IMG/VR virus record: IMGVR_UViG_3300030330_005435 | Location: 1-64,000 of that record | Length of the DNA stretch: 64,000 bases | Strand: one strand, 5' to 3' | Origin: a virus | Lineage: Duplodnaviria; Caudoviricetes | In this document: piece by piece, positions 52,066 through 61,750 of the stretch | Position numbering within the stretch: the stretch's first letter is position 1 | Layout: each line of letters starts with the position of its first letter | Position numbers and translations under genes: made by a program | The notes under the pieces: model-generated | What the model was told of the DNA's origin: nothing | What the model saw: the letters and a program-made list of their open reading frames with translations, nothing else | The model's database searches: none

Positions 52066-53841
52066 TTAGCTAACAGCACCAGCTTCACCCAAGAGTCCGC
52101 GGACGACAACAAGACCGTACATATCAGGACGCACCATCTTCTTGGCATAGCGCGTCATGACTCCCTTACGGGGTACGAAGTCTTCTGGTCCGAAGATCGT
52201 AGGTGTAGTTTGCAGTGGTACGTATGGTGCGTACACATATCCACTTTCAAGGAAAGAGGAACCGCGACGACCAACCAGGATCACGTTGCGAAGGAAGTAT
52301 GGGTCAACAATGACGTCAAACTTCTTGCTCAGAGAACCAACGTTCACAGCACCAACTGAGCCAGTTTCATCGTCGTGAGTGACAGATGCACGGAACCCAG
52401 CGGTAAACTCAAGGATGTTCGCAACTTCAGGTCCGCAGACAAGGAAGTTAGCGCCACCACGAAGAGTCTTACGGTGGATCGCAGCAGAAACATCATTGAT
52501 TGTCTCAATGAGGGTTTCATACCACTCAGACACGGTACCAGTGAAATCAGGAGCAGCAGAGCTAGCACCAATTTCAGCACCATTGACGTCTACAAACAGA
52601 CCTGGAGCACGTGACCAATAACGAGTTGCAGCAGTTGCACCGTTAACAAGGTCAGCAAGAATCTCACGATCAATTTCGAGAGCGATCTGCTCAGAAAGAA
52701 TCGAGGTCAACTCAACTTCGGCGTCAAGGTTGTGGTAAGCGTTAAGATCTTGTCCTAACTCTGGAGTCCACTTGGCCTTGAGCTTCTTGGTTTGAGCGGT
52801 AACAGCGATGCTGTCGACCTTGATGTCGATCTCAGGGATCAACTCAGATCCTTCCAGACCCCACGAAGACGTACCTATAACTGAACCAATAGCGTCAGAC
52901 GCTTTAAAGTTATCAACAATTGGGAATTCAACCGCAAGGTTAAGTTCGCCGTCATTTGTGGACGTAGCAGAAGCATCTTGAGAAGTGTGATAATACAAGC
53001 GAGTATTCACACCACTGTTTTGACTTAAGCGACGAATTTGTGCTGTGTTAGCACTGCTCAAGGTGACTCCACCCAATATAAGGTTCAAAGAATTAACTGA
53101 TGCTGTAACAGCAGCAAGGTTTTCTTTGTCAAGTTGCGACAATAGACTATCAGCAAACTGAACTTGAATAACGTGTCCAGCAGTTGATGAAGCGCTGAGT
53201 GCAAGCAGATCAGGATCATATGCAATCAGCTTCTTTTGTGCAGCAGTAGAGCCCGTCAACGAGAACGTTGTGAACGAAATAGCTGACGAAGTAACATTCG
53301 CGGTGCTTTTTGGGCTTGCGTATGCATAACCACGTGCACCAGCGGTACGAGCACCAGAGAAGTCTTCCTTAAGGGTACCCCCGATAAGGTCAACACCACC
53401 AGTAACTTGCGAAGCTACTTGATCGCCACCATAGATAGACTTATTAACTAAGTTACCCATTCTGCCGTCACTGTCGCCTAACGTAGTGGTTCCAAGATTT
53501 GGCGAATACACAAAATCCAGGAAGAAAATGAGTCCGCTTGGCAGGCTCATTGGTTGAACAGAAACAAGATCATTTGCGATTAGTCCTGCAAATACGCGAC
53601 GAACAATTGGAAATGCGACAGCCGCGAAGCCCTCAACATCACCAGCAGACATGCTGCTGCTCTCACGTAGTAATTCTTTTGCTTGGTTTTCAAGCAAGCG
53701 TGCCATTTGGCCCTTCTTGCGATCTCCATCGAGACCTTCAAGAAGTCCAGTCTTTTCCCACTTGGAAAGAAGAGCGGAGCCCTCTGCACGCATATCACGA
53801 TTGACAACACCTTCGGTCAATCTATCGATAATACCAGCCAT
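52066..53841 (-). CDS. Major capsid protein (T4 gp23 family)
   Basis: FPIVRRVF, VSVQPM.LPSGLIFFLDF, TKKLKAKWTPELGQDL.AYH.LDAE.EL, YAPYVPL, PRKGVMTRY. Confidence 0.97.
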   Translation of the reverse strand: MAGIIDRLTEGVVNRDMRAEGSALLSKWEKTGLLEGLDGDRKKGQMARLLENQAKELLRESSSMSAGDVEGFAAVAFPIVRRVFAGLIANDLVSVQPMSLPSGLIFFLDFVYSPNLGTTTLGDSDGRMGNLVNKSIYGGDQVASQVTGGVDLIGGTLKEDFSGARTAGARGYAYASPKSTANVTSSAISFTTFSLTGSTAAQKKLIAYDPDLLALSASSTAGHVIQVQFADSLLSQLDKENLAAVTASVNSLNLILGGVTLSSANTAQIRRLSQNSGVNTRLYYHTSQDASATSTNDGELNLAVEFPIVDNFKASDAIGSVIGTSSWGLEGSELIPEIDIKVDSIAVTAQTKKLKAKWTPELGQDLNAYHNLDAEVELTSILSEQIALEIDREILADLVNGATAATRYWSRAPGLFVDVNGAEIGASSAAPDFTGTVSEWYETLIETINDVSAAIHRKTLRGGANFLVCGPEVANILEFTAGFRASVTHDDETGSVGAVNVGSLSKKFDVIVDPYFLRNVILVGRRGSSFLESGYVYAPYVPLQTTPTIFGPEDFVPRKGVMTRYAKKMVRPDMYGLVVVRGLLGEAGAVS

Positions 53842-53876
53842 TTTATAATTTCTCCTTTAATAATAATTAATGGTAT

Positions 53877-54971
53877 CTATTTGATACCTGCTAGTCTTTT
53901 CATCCTATCCGCAATTGGATCGGATGGTGTGCTCTCTTGACGAGTAGCACGAATAACTGACGAACGTTTATTTCCAATAGCTTCGCTCAGTGATTGTGGG
54001 CTTCGCTTAGGCTTTGCCTCCACTGTGCTTTGAAGTGTCTCAAAGATTGTACGTGCTTCAGTTACAGAACCAGCATTAGAAATTGCTTCGACAATCTTTT
54101 CTTTTTGTCGCTCATTAAAGGAGGTATTCCTAAGTACGCGGTTCGTATACAACAAGCGAGCATTTGAAAGGTTTACATCTTGCAAGTTTTCTTGCAATTC
54201 TCCCAGTGCTCCCTCATATTGTGAAAGCTTTTCAGTAAGTTGTTTATTTTCAAAAACCAACTCTTCTTGTGCTTTCTTTAAGGTTTCCATATCCTCTTCT
54301 ACGTCAGTAGAGCGTCTATGGGCCAATTCTTTTTCAATTTGATATGTCGTGTCTTCAGATGACCTGCCAGCCCAGCCAGCAAGTTCAGCTCCCATATCAA
54401 CAGTAAGTTTTTCCATGATAGCGTCAACAAGCGCATCTGCGTCAAGTTCTTCTTCCATTTTAAGATCTTTATCTTCATCTGCTTCAGCCTCTGTTTCGTC
54501 AGCGCTTGCTTGTGCAGCAGAAGCGTCAACAGTCTCAGCTTCTTCGATCTCTTCTTTTTCATTCAATTCTTCATCGTCTTCAGAAAGAATTGCAGCTAAA
54601 TCTTCTTCAGTCAACTCAATCTCTTCATCTTCATTTAACTCCGCATCCTCGTTTTCACTAAGTTCTGCTTCCAAAGCAGCAACAGCTTCTTGAAGCGCGT
54701 CAAGATCAATGTTGACAGGAACCTCTTCGCCCGATTCTTGCATCGCAGGGATTTCGCCTTCTTCTTCTGACAAATTATCAGTTGCAGCAAGGGGAATGTT
54801 TTTAGCAACGTTACTGGGGGTAACGTCAGTTTCTTCTTGTTCTAATAATTGTTCTAAAGTTGCTTTTACTTCATCTGAGTATTTTTCAATAACTGAAGTT
54901 TCAGCGTTTTTAAGTGCAGACTCGCGCAATGCTTTAGCATCCACGATTGCTTCTTGTAATAAGCTTGACAT
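53877..54971 (-). CDS. Prohead scaffolding protein (gp22-like)
   Basis: Acidic coiled coil directly upstream of MCP; VNLSNARLLYTN; C-terminal RMKRLAGIK. Confidence 0.85.
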   Translation of the reverse strand: MSSLLQEAIVDAKALRESALKNAETSVIEKYSDEVKATLEQLLEQEETDVTPSNVAKNIPLAATDNLSEEEGEIPAMQESGEEVPVNIDLDALQEAVAALEAELSENEDAELNEDEEIELTEEDLAAILSEDDEELNEKEEIEEAETVDASAAQASADETEAEADEDKDLKMEEELDADALVDAIMEKLTVDMGAELAGWAGRSSEDTTYQIEKELAHRRSTDVEEDMETLKKAQEELVFENKQLTEKLSQYEGALGELQENLQDVNLSNARLLYTNRVLRNTSFNERQKEKIVEAISNAGSVTEARTIFETLQSTVEAKPKRSPQSLSEAIGNKRSSVIRATRQESTPSDPIADRMKRLAGIK

Positions 54972-55042
54972 TAATAGGGCTCCTAAAGTGGGAAATGTTC
55001 AAAATAAATAGTGCCAAGACTCACAAAAGGCCATTTTTGATA

Positions 55043-56551
55043 TTAGTTGCCAGAGCCACTTATAAATGCATTAAGCTGATCTAACTCCCAAACTGTTGTA
55101 ACAATAGCCTGACCAGGAATGTTGTTGCTTGTGTCATCGCCAGACTTAAATCTTAGGCCAACCGCGGATCCTGTTCCAAACGACCAGCTTCCTGTTGTGT
55201 TTGTGCCCCCTAAAGTTCCGTCACCTGTTATTACATTTACTCCGCCAACATAATTTCTTCCTGGCCAAGATGAAGCTGTGCAGTAAGATGTAGCAACAGC
55301 CGCGGCGTCTATAGTGCTGCCATTCAATTCATTGACATTGGCTACGAACAATAACCATTCTGGTTGTCCATTTGCTGGGTTTTGAGTTGCCCCAGTAAAG
55401 TGATAAGTAATACTAATTAATCTTCCAGAGAAAGGTGATAACAAAGCATTTGTTCTGTCTAAAGTGTTAGAAACTCCGCCGGCGCCATTTAATGCCACAT
55501 ACCGTCCCGTTGCAGCTTGACCACCGCTTGTTAAATCAAATTGACTAACAACTGTGTGCAGCATCCTGCCTCTTGTAGCGCCATCACCATCAATGGTAAA
55601 GGCTGGGTCAGCAGTATCACTTTTGACGCTTACTAATAAATCAGAATCAGATCCACTAACATTAAATTTGCCACTCAAATGCACTCCGCCAATAGCAACT
55701 TTTCCAGATCCAGTCACTGCTAAAATAGTATCATGGCTTGGGCTTTTTATTAAAAGTGGTACATCTGAGTCTGTTCCCTTAATTTTAACCATAACGCCGG
55801 CGCCGACTTCTTCGGTTCCAACCTGCAATTTACCATTTTGAAGATCAAGCAATGATAGTGCACCAGAAATTGCAGAACCTGTCATATTAGACATGTTGAT
55901 ATCGCCTGTAACAGTAAGACGATCACCATCAAATGTAAGGTTAGCTTCACCATTAACTTGGCCACCGCCCAAAGAAGTAAATATTCGATCATTACCATCA
56001 TTAGAAATACTAGTTACTGCTGGTGCTGCACCATTCGAAGCTGCAGTTAATCTACCTTGGGCATCAACTGTTAAAGAGGTGTAGGTATAACTACCTGCAG
56101 ATACTGCGGTGTTATTTAATACAATATTTATTTGATCAGCTTCTGCGGTGGTTGTTGTAATCCCAGTGCCGCCAGAAACAAAAAGTGTATTGCTATCAGA
56201 TATTGTTTGAGTGGGGCCCAAATTGCCTGACAGAATAAAACTTGACATAGCAGACGCGGGCGCAATACCACTTAAAGTGCTGCCATCTCCGTAAAATTTA
56301 GAACCTGAAATATTTAAAGAACTTGAAATATGAACTTCGTCAATTACGGTGCCCGCTGAATAAAAAGCTGAACCAGATACGTTACCAGAGGCAGATACAT
56401 GGTTATTATTAACCTCTAAGCGAGTTACAGCACCAGTCCCTGTTTTTAATTTTATAGAATCGTTTTCAAAATCAATTTGTGTATCGTTCGGGTCGCCTTC
56501 AAACTGGATGTCGCCAGTGTGCTGATTACCTTTGTTGCTGTTGTATGCCAT
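55043..56551 (-). CDS. Fibre/decoration-like virion protein
   Basis: MAYN N-terminus, Gly/Ser/Thr-rich, late motif upstream. Confidence 0.6.
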   Translation of the reverse strand: MAYNSNKGNQHTGDIQFEGDPNDTQIDFENDSIKLKTGTGAVTRLEVNNNHVSASGNVSGSAFYSAGTVIDEVHISSSLNISGSKFYGDGSTLSGIAPASAMSSFILSGNLGPTQTISDSNTLFVSGGTGITTTTAEADQINIVLNNTAVSAGSYTYTSLTVDAQGRLTAASNGAAPAVTSISNDGNDRIFTSLGGGQVNGEANLTFDGDRLTVTGDINMSNMTGSAISGALSLLDLQNGKLQVGTEEVGAGVMVKIKGTDSDVPLLIKSPSHDTILAVTGSGKVAIGGVHLSGKFNVSGSDSDLLVSVKSDTADPAFTIDGDGATRGRMLHTVVSQFDLTSGGQAATGRYVALNGAGGVSNTLDRTNALLSPFSGRLISITYHFTGATQNPANGQPEWLLFVANVNELNGSTIDAAAVATSYCTASSWPGRNYVGGVNVITGDGTLGGTNTTGSWSFGTGSAVGLRFKSGDDTSNNIPGQAIVTTVWELDQLNAFISGSGN

Positions 56552-56582
56552 TAAGTGGTTTCTCCTGTACTACTAAGTAGAC

Positions 56583-57710
56583 TCAACTTCCCTTTGAACC
56601 TAAAATCCACCAGTTTTCGCCGTCAGACTGGAGTGTTCTTGACGAATAATTCATTTTAATCTCCACTCTGTCGTTAATATCAATCGTTCCCTCATCACAA
56701 GAAATATAAACAAGATTTGAATTAAGCTTATATTTGTCTCTATTTGTTTTCTTAACAATTAAGATTCTACCGGTATGATTTTTAGCTGCTGGTAATTTAA
56801 CATTTATGGTATTATCAGAAGCATCGCACAATATAGTATAATCGCTTGCTAAGACTTCGTACTGTTTTGATGTGATTTTTATAATACTATTGTAGACTGC
56901 TCCGTCGTTTACTAATTTTTGTTTTATTACGGCACAATTTGTATTTACCTTCCCGTTTATATCAAGAGTGTTTTTTGTGCTGTCATAAGATAGATTGTCG
57001 GATGATTCAAATTCTTTTTTGCCCTTAAATTGTATATTGCCAACAGCGCCGTGGGCGTGAGGAATTTTATTATTTATAAATGAATTATATAAATTTCCTA
57101 GTGTTGTGCATGCAGCCGTGTTGCGCGAAACATCTTGTATAATCAACAAATCTGCATCACTTAGGTTTTGACCTTCTGAATTAACTTGTATACAATTACC
57201 TGGGTTAAAATGTAATTTATTTGATGAGATTTGTAAACCTGATTGTGGTTTTATGTTAATAGCAATACCATCTTCGTCGCATGTGATACCATCAGCCACT
57301 TTGATTTGCAATTCATCTCTTATGTTTTCAAGACCAAATCCATACATTATATGCTGGGCGCCGATGGGTGACACAAATTGATTTGACGGTATGTTACTTA
57401 ATTTTTCTGCGGAGCCTTCAACCACATGTGCAACTATTCTTTTTACATGAAGTGTTTCATTTTCATATCTAAAATTATAAGTTGCATTAGCTGTTTGATT
57501 TTTTCCCAATAGCAAAATACTATTTTCTGAACCGCCTTTTACTTTTTGGATTGCAACATCTTTTATTGTTGCGCAAGGGCTTTGAGCATCTGTATCGTAA
57601 AAAACGCTTGCACTAATTGTATTTTTGAAAATTTTAATTCCATTAATTTCTTGATCGCCGTGCTGGTCAACAGAACCTTCTATTGAACCTTTTAGGACAT
57701 TATACGCCAT
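56583..57710 (-). CDS. Fibre/decoration-like virion protein (paralogue family)
   Basis: MAYN start; C-domain DYTILCDAS..TINVKLP.A...GRILIVKK...TID...QSDGENW. Confidence 0.6.
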   Translation of the reverse strand: MAYNVLKGSIEGSVDQHGDQEINGIKIFKNTISASVFYDTDAQSPCATIKDVAIQKVKGGSENSILLLGKNQTANATYNFRYENETLHVKRIVAHVVEGSAEKLSNIPSNQFVSPIGAQHIMYGFGLENIRDELQIKVADGITCDEDGIAINIKPQSGLQISSNKLHFNPGNCIQVNSEGQNLSDADLLIIQDVSRNTAACTTLGNLYNSFINNKIPHAHGAVGNIQFKGKKEFESSDNLSYDSTKNTLDINGKVNTNCAVIKQKLVNDGAVYNSIIKITSKQYEVLASDYTILCDASDNTINVKLPAAKNHTGRILIVKKTNRDKYKLNSNLVYISCDEGTIDINDRVEIKMNYSSRTLQSDGENWWILGSKGS

Positions 57711-57773
57711 ATTAATTCTCCAACACTATAAATAGGCCATTAATTTCATTTATTCGACACATTGTATAACTAT

Positions 57774-57807
57774 AAAAAAAAGATGCCCCCTCATAAGAGG
57801 GAGCACC
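57774..57807 (-). terminator. Intrinsic terminator
   Basis: GGTGCTCCCTC-TTAT-GAGGGGGCATC + T8. Confidence 0.8.
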
Positions 57808-57843
57808 AAAGTTATTACAACTAAAGCTGTAAAGGGATAATGA

Positions 57844-59211
57844 TTATACAATGCCCCAAATGTTAGTTGCAAGGTATACACAAGTGACAGCAGCACCAGC
57901 AGATTCAAGTACAATTGAATCAGCATCATCAATCTTGTGAGAACCAGATGTCAGAATCGTAAGTGTTCCTGCAGCACCATTTTTAATAGTAACAACGTCA
58001 CCAGCTACCTGAGAATCATCTGGAAGAGATACTGTAGCACCAGCAGAGCCAGTAGCAAAGTTGTAACCTTCAGAAAGTGTTGCACCATCATGTATTACTG
58101 TTACTTCACTTGACTCAAGCGACAAAACACCATCGGTGGCCATGAGACCAGCGCCAGCAAGCTTTGTAGCCAGTGAATCAATAGTAACTTTTTTGGTTGG
58201 ATCGCCAGCTTCGGCTTCTTGTGCCATAGCGAAAGTATCGCCAGACGCAATAGCTGTAACAGCACTTAATTGATTTACATCAAGTTCAACGCTGTCGGCG
58301 TTGACGGTGAGACCACCGTTAGCCGCGGCAACCATATTGAGTTCGCCAGAAGCCGCAGTCATACCTGCACCAGCAAAGTCAGAAGCAATGTTAGTGCGTG
58401 TACGAACTTTTAAGTCACCCGTATCATTACGTGTAACAAAGAACTCACCAGCAGGAAGTGCAGCGGTACCGATGTTCGCAAAGTTGACAACTGAGCCAAC
58501 AACGCCAAGGTTACCTGTAACGTCTAGAGCACCACCAAAACGGACGTTTCCGACATTCTCAAGAACACCAGAACCAGACAAGTTACGGTGTCCCGCAATG
58601 TCTTTGTTTGCATCTAAGACCATAGCCTTAGAACCCGCGGCGACACCAGCAGTTACACCATCAATGAAGCCAGCTTCAGTTTCGCTGATTGATGTAGAGC
58701 CAACAACCAATGCTGTATCACAAGTAACAGTCGAAGCTGAAAGTGAGTTCAATAAGCCAATGTTAAGGTTTGCACCTAAAACCATTGCTTTATTAGCGGC
58801 AGCAGTGCCATTGGTGATACCATCAAGCTTCTCCATATCGGTTTCGTCAAGATCAGCAGAGCCGATGATGAAAGAGCCACCAGCAGTAATGTTGCCAGTA
58901 CCAGTAACATTACGGAACCCACTGACATCTTTGTCAGAGTCAACGACGACTGCTTTGCTAGCAGCAACAGTACCAGCTGTGACACCGTCAATCGTTTCTA
59001 ACTCTGCTTGAGTTATTTGCGCTGCTCCGATACGAATCTCAGAAGAAGCGGACAGAATGCGACCAAACACATCGCGGTTGCTATCGACAACAGTAGTACC
59101 ACCTAACTTAAGTTCAGCACTATCTGCTTCGTTACCGATGATATCGAGCGCACCTTCTTGATCTAAAGAACCGCTCATGACAGCGGGACCAAATTGGAAT
59201 TTATAAGCCAT
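57844..59211 (-). CDS. Fibre/decoration-like virion protein with three internal repeats
   Basis: GGAGG RBS before MAYKFQ; repeats IDGVTAG..A.SKA.V.D..KD; shared C-domain. Confidence 0.65.
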   Translation of the reverse strand: MAYKFQFGPAVMSGSLDQEGALDIIGNEADSAELKLGGTTVVDSNRDVFGRILSASSEIRIGAAQITQAELETIDGVTAGTVAASKAVVVDSDKDVSGFRNVTGTGNITAGGSFIIGSADLDETDMEKLDGITNGTAAANKAMVLGANLNIGLLNSLSASTVTCDTALVVGSTSISETEAGFIDGVTAGVAAGSKAMVLDANKDIAGHRNLSGSGVLENVGNVRFGGALDVTGNLGVVGSVVNFANIGTAALPAGEFFVTRNDTGDLKVRTRTNIASDFAGAGMTAASGELNMVAAANGGLTVNADSVELDVNQLSAVTAIASGDTFAMAQEAEAGDPTKKVTIDSLATKLAGAGLMATDGVLSLESSEVTVIHDGATLSEGYNFATGSAGATVSLPDDSQVAGDVVTIKNGAAGTLTILTSGSHKIDDADSIVLESAGAAVTCVYLATNIWGIV

Positions 59212-59321
59212 ATTTAAAACCCTCCATATTATAGTTTTTATTATGGTAAGCAGCTTAATGCTTAACATGTAAGCAGATAAGCGTGCTTGCTTTTAATTAG
59301 TACTGTGCGGTGGCAAAAAAT

Positions 59322-60077
59322 TTAGAATATATAAAATCTATCTATTCCGTTTGAATAAACTTGAATAGATGCATAAGGTGACTCCAAAATTACTTGATTT
59401 TCGCCGTCGATTGTTTGGGAGCCAGAGCCAGAAATTGTTATATTATTTGTGTTCGCTGCGCCGCCTTCATCTTTAAATATCCATGTTTGTCCGTCAGAAG
59501 TAGCTGCAGCATCGGGCAAAGTAAACTTGATTATATTACTTGTTGAGTTAGCCCCGATGAAGTAGTCCGAAACAGTAACTGTATAATTTGCTGTTTTGAG
59601 AACTCTTTTGTAAATAAGACCACCACTTAACTCTGATGTCCCTTTTACATTTAATGTTTGTGTTGGTGTTGCATTAGAGCCAATGTTAATGCTACTGGTA
59701 GTGAATGCTTGGTTGGCACTTGCTTGTGTAAAAATACCCCCACCAGATCCGCCGCCTGCTGAGATTCCTGTTAAACGACTACCATCCCCCATAAAAAATG
59801 AAGCTGACACGCCTGTGCTGGCTGTAATTTCTCCTGTAACATTGAGGGTATCACCGTCGAATGTCAGTGCAGTATCGCATCTTAATGTGTTTGGATCCCC
59901 ATCAGTGTTAATGACTAAACTATTGGCGTTAGCTAATGATACACGCGGCACATTAATAACATCAGCACCATCGGACGTACTAAGATTACCAGACACAATA
60001 GAGCCACTAGCCAGTGTAAGCCTTGTGGTCAGTCTGTCTGGTAAAAATACGGTACCAGATAAGTTATTATATGCCAT
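59322..60077 (-). CDS. Fibre/decoration-like virion protein (paralogue family)
   Basis: MAYN start; C-domain DYFIGAN....FTLPDA...GQTWIFKDEGG...TIDG...YSNG. Confidence 0.6.
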   Translation of the reverse strand: MAYNNLSGTVFLPDRLTTRLTLASGSIVSGNLSTSDGADVINVPRVSLANANSLVINTDGDPNTLRCDTALTFDGDTLNVTGEITASTGVSASFFMGDGSRLTGISAGGGSGGGIFTQASANQAFTTSSINIGSNATPTQTLNVKGTSELSGGLIYKRVLKTANYTVTVSDYFIGANSTSNIIKFTLPDAAATSDGQTWIFKDEGGAANTNNITISGSGSQTIDGENQVILESPYASIQVYSNGIDRFYIF

Positions 60078-60100
60078 TTAATGGTGCCTCCCTTAATTAA

Positions 60101-60781
60101 TTAGAAGACAAACCAATTGGCTCCATTAGAATATAGACTAATAGCTGGATTAGAGCCAGTTAAGCTATAGGTTAGGGAACCATCAATAGCATATCCAGTG
60201 GCTGCATTTATTGTAATATTGGTGCCATCGACATGGCCGACTTCGTCTTTAATAAGTAATATGGAGCCTGAGCCATATATTGATGCGCTTGGTATGAGAA
60301 TTTCAACTTGACCAGTTTGCTGAACGCCCAGAATATAACCTGGGGCGCTAGCCGTATAGCTGCCAATTGAGCATGTTTGATACATAACATTAAGGCCGCG
60401 AATATGTATGGCTTCGGTTGCTGTGCTTGCGCTTAAAATGTTAACAGGTGAGGCGCCCGCAGTTTTAACAACAAGGCTACCAACTCTTGTGTGAGTGTCA
60501 TCATTTGAATTACCGAAGTTTGTCGAACCTGTGGCATCTATTATTGAAATATCGCGATATTGAAATACGCTGGCACTGACCGTTCCAGTAACAATTAAAT
60601 TACCAGACAATACTAATGAATTCTGAGGATTACCGGCAACTGATCCAGTATAAAATATAAAATGTGACGAACCACTTGTCGTATTGTGCGCAGTCAAAAA
60701 TTGTACTGAACCAGTTGGTCCAGCCGCCTGACCTCCACCGCCTGAAGCATCACAATCTACATAAGCCCATCCAAACGACAT
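60101..60781 (-). CDS. Fibre/decoration-like virion protein (paralogue family)
   Basis: C-domain YILGV...ILIPSA...GSILLIKDEVG...AIDG...YSNGANW. Confidence 0.6.
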   Translation of the reverse strand: MSFGWAYVDCDASGGGGQAAGPTGSVQFLTAHNTTSGSSHFIFYTGSVAGNPQNSLVLSGNLIVTGTVSASVFQYRDISIIDATGSTNFGNSNDDTHTRVGSLVVKTAGASPVNILSASTATEAIHIRGLNVMYQTCSIGSYTASAPGYILGVQQTGQVEILIPSASIYGSGSILLIKDEVGHVDGTNITINAATGYAIDGSLTYSLTGSNPAISLYSNGANWFVF

Positions 60782-60783
60782 GT

Positions 60784-61221
60784 TTAACCAACTCCCACAG
60801 AACCGCTCCAGGACGGACCAGCGCTACCTGACGTCCTTTCGGGTCGAATAGTTGTGAGACCTGCAACAATATCAACATTTGTTGAACCTGAAATCCAAAT
60901 CTGTGAAACTTTTAACTCAAGTGCGGCGGAGTGTCCTAATTGACCTGGAGAGCCCGCATGCTTTGGTATACTAAAATAATTAGTTCCGTCAACACCTGCC
61001 TTAGAAAAACCAACCTTGAGAGTTTCGTGTATATCTTTGTTGACAATGGTAATCCAACGCGTAACAAACGGGAATTCCACAACTTGTGCAGGCCGATTTA
61101 CGCTGCCAGTACTGCAATTTATGCCGCCAGATGCGAATGGGCGCCCTCCAACTTGATACGCAGGGACGTTGTTTAAACCAACTTCCATTTGCCATGATTT
61201 TGTAAAATTCTTGTTACCCAC
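60784..61221 (-). CDS. Small virion protein, tandem duplicate copy B (GTG start)
   Basis: Highly similar over its full length to the 61284-61712 protein. Confidence 0.75.
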   Translation of the reverse strand: MGNKNFTKSWQMEVGLNNVPAYQVGGRPFASGGINCSTGSVNRPAQVVEFPFVTRWITIVNKDIHETLKVGFSKAGVDGTNYFSIPKHAGSPGQLGHSAALELKVSQIWISGSTNVDIVAGLTTIRPERTSGSAGPSWSGSVGVG

Positions 61222-61243
61222 TTAAAACTCCGAAATTTAAATA
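61178..61243. repeat. 66-bp direct repeat, copy 1 (5' end and RBS of duplicated gene)
   Basis: 63/66 identical to 61669-61734 by manual comparison. Confidence 0.85.
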
Positions 61244-61283
61244 TTATAAATATAAATAGTTGCCTGTGATATATCGCACAAGT

Positions 61284-61712
61284 CTATCCAACTCCCGCAG
61301 ATCCGCTCCATGAAGGACCATCAGAAGTGGTAGTTCTTTCTGGGCGGATACTTGTAAGACCTGCAACAACGTCGACATTTGTTGAGCCTGAAATCCAAAT
61401 TTGTGAAATTTTTAGCTCCATTGGGCTACTGGTAGCCAGTAGTCCTGGTGCACCACCAAGTTCGGGAACTGTAAAGTAATTATCTCCATCAACCCCAGCT
61501 TGAGAAAATCCAACCCTAACTTCGCGTGCGGAATCGTTATTTACAATTGATACCCAGCGGGCCACAAACGGAAACTCTACAACTTTAGCGCCCTGAGTTG
61601 GGCTGCAGTTAATGCCGCCTGTAGCAAACGGTCTTCCACTAACTTGATACGAAGCAACATTATTAAGGCCAACTTCCATTTGCCACGATTTTGTAAAATT
61701 CTTGTTACCCAT
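61284..61712 (-). CDS. Small virion protein, tandem duplicate copy A
   Basis: MGNKNFTKSWQMEVGLNNV..YQV.GRPFA; late motif at 61744. Confidence 0.75.
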   Translation of the reverse strand: MGNKNFTKSWQMEVGLNNVASYQVSGRPFATGGINCSPTQGAKVVEFPFVARWVSIVNNDSAREVRVGFSQAGVDGDNYFTVPELGGAPGLLATSSPMELKISQIWISGSTNVDVVAGLTSIRPERTTTSDGPSWSGSAGVG

Positions 61713-61734
61713 TTAAAACTCCAAAATTTAAATA
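61669..61734. repeat. 66-bp direct repeat, copy 2
   Basis: Matches 61178-61243. Confidence 0.85.
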
Positions 61735-61750
61735 CATTCAATATAAATAG

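Noticed and set aside
58301-59011. 236-aa plus-strand ORF
   Set aside because: Antisense shadow of the fibre-like gene; all credible genes are on the minus strand
59271-59293. AAGCAG...CTTGCTT possible terminator
   Set aside because: Weak, imperfect stem; not supported
61251-61260. TATAAATA matching the T4 late promoter
   Set aside because: It lies on the non-coding strand relative to all neighbouring genes; treated as the reverse complement of the CTATTTA motif
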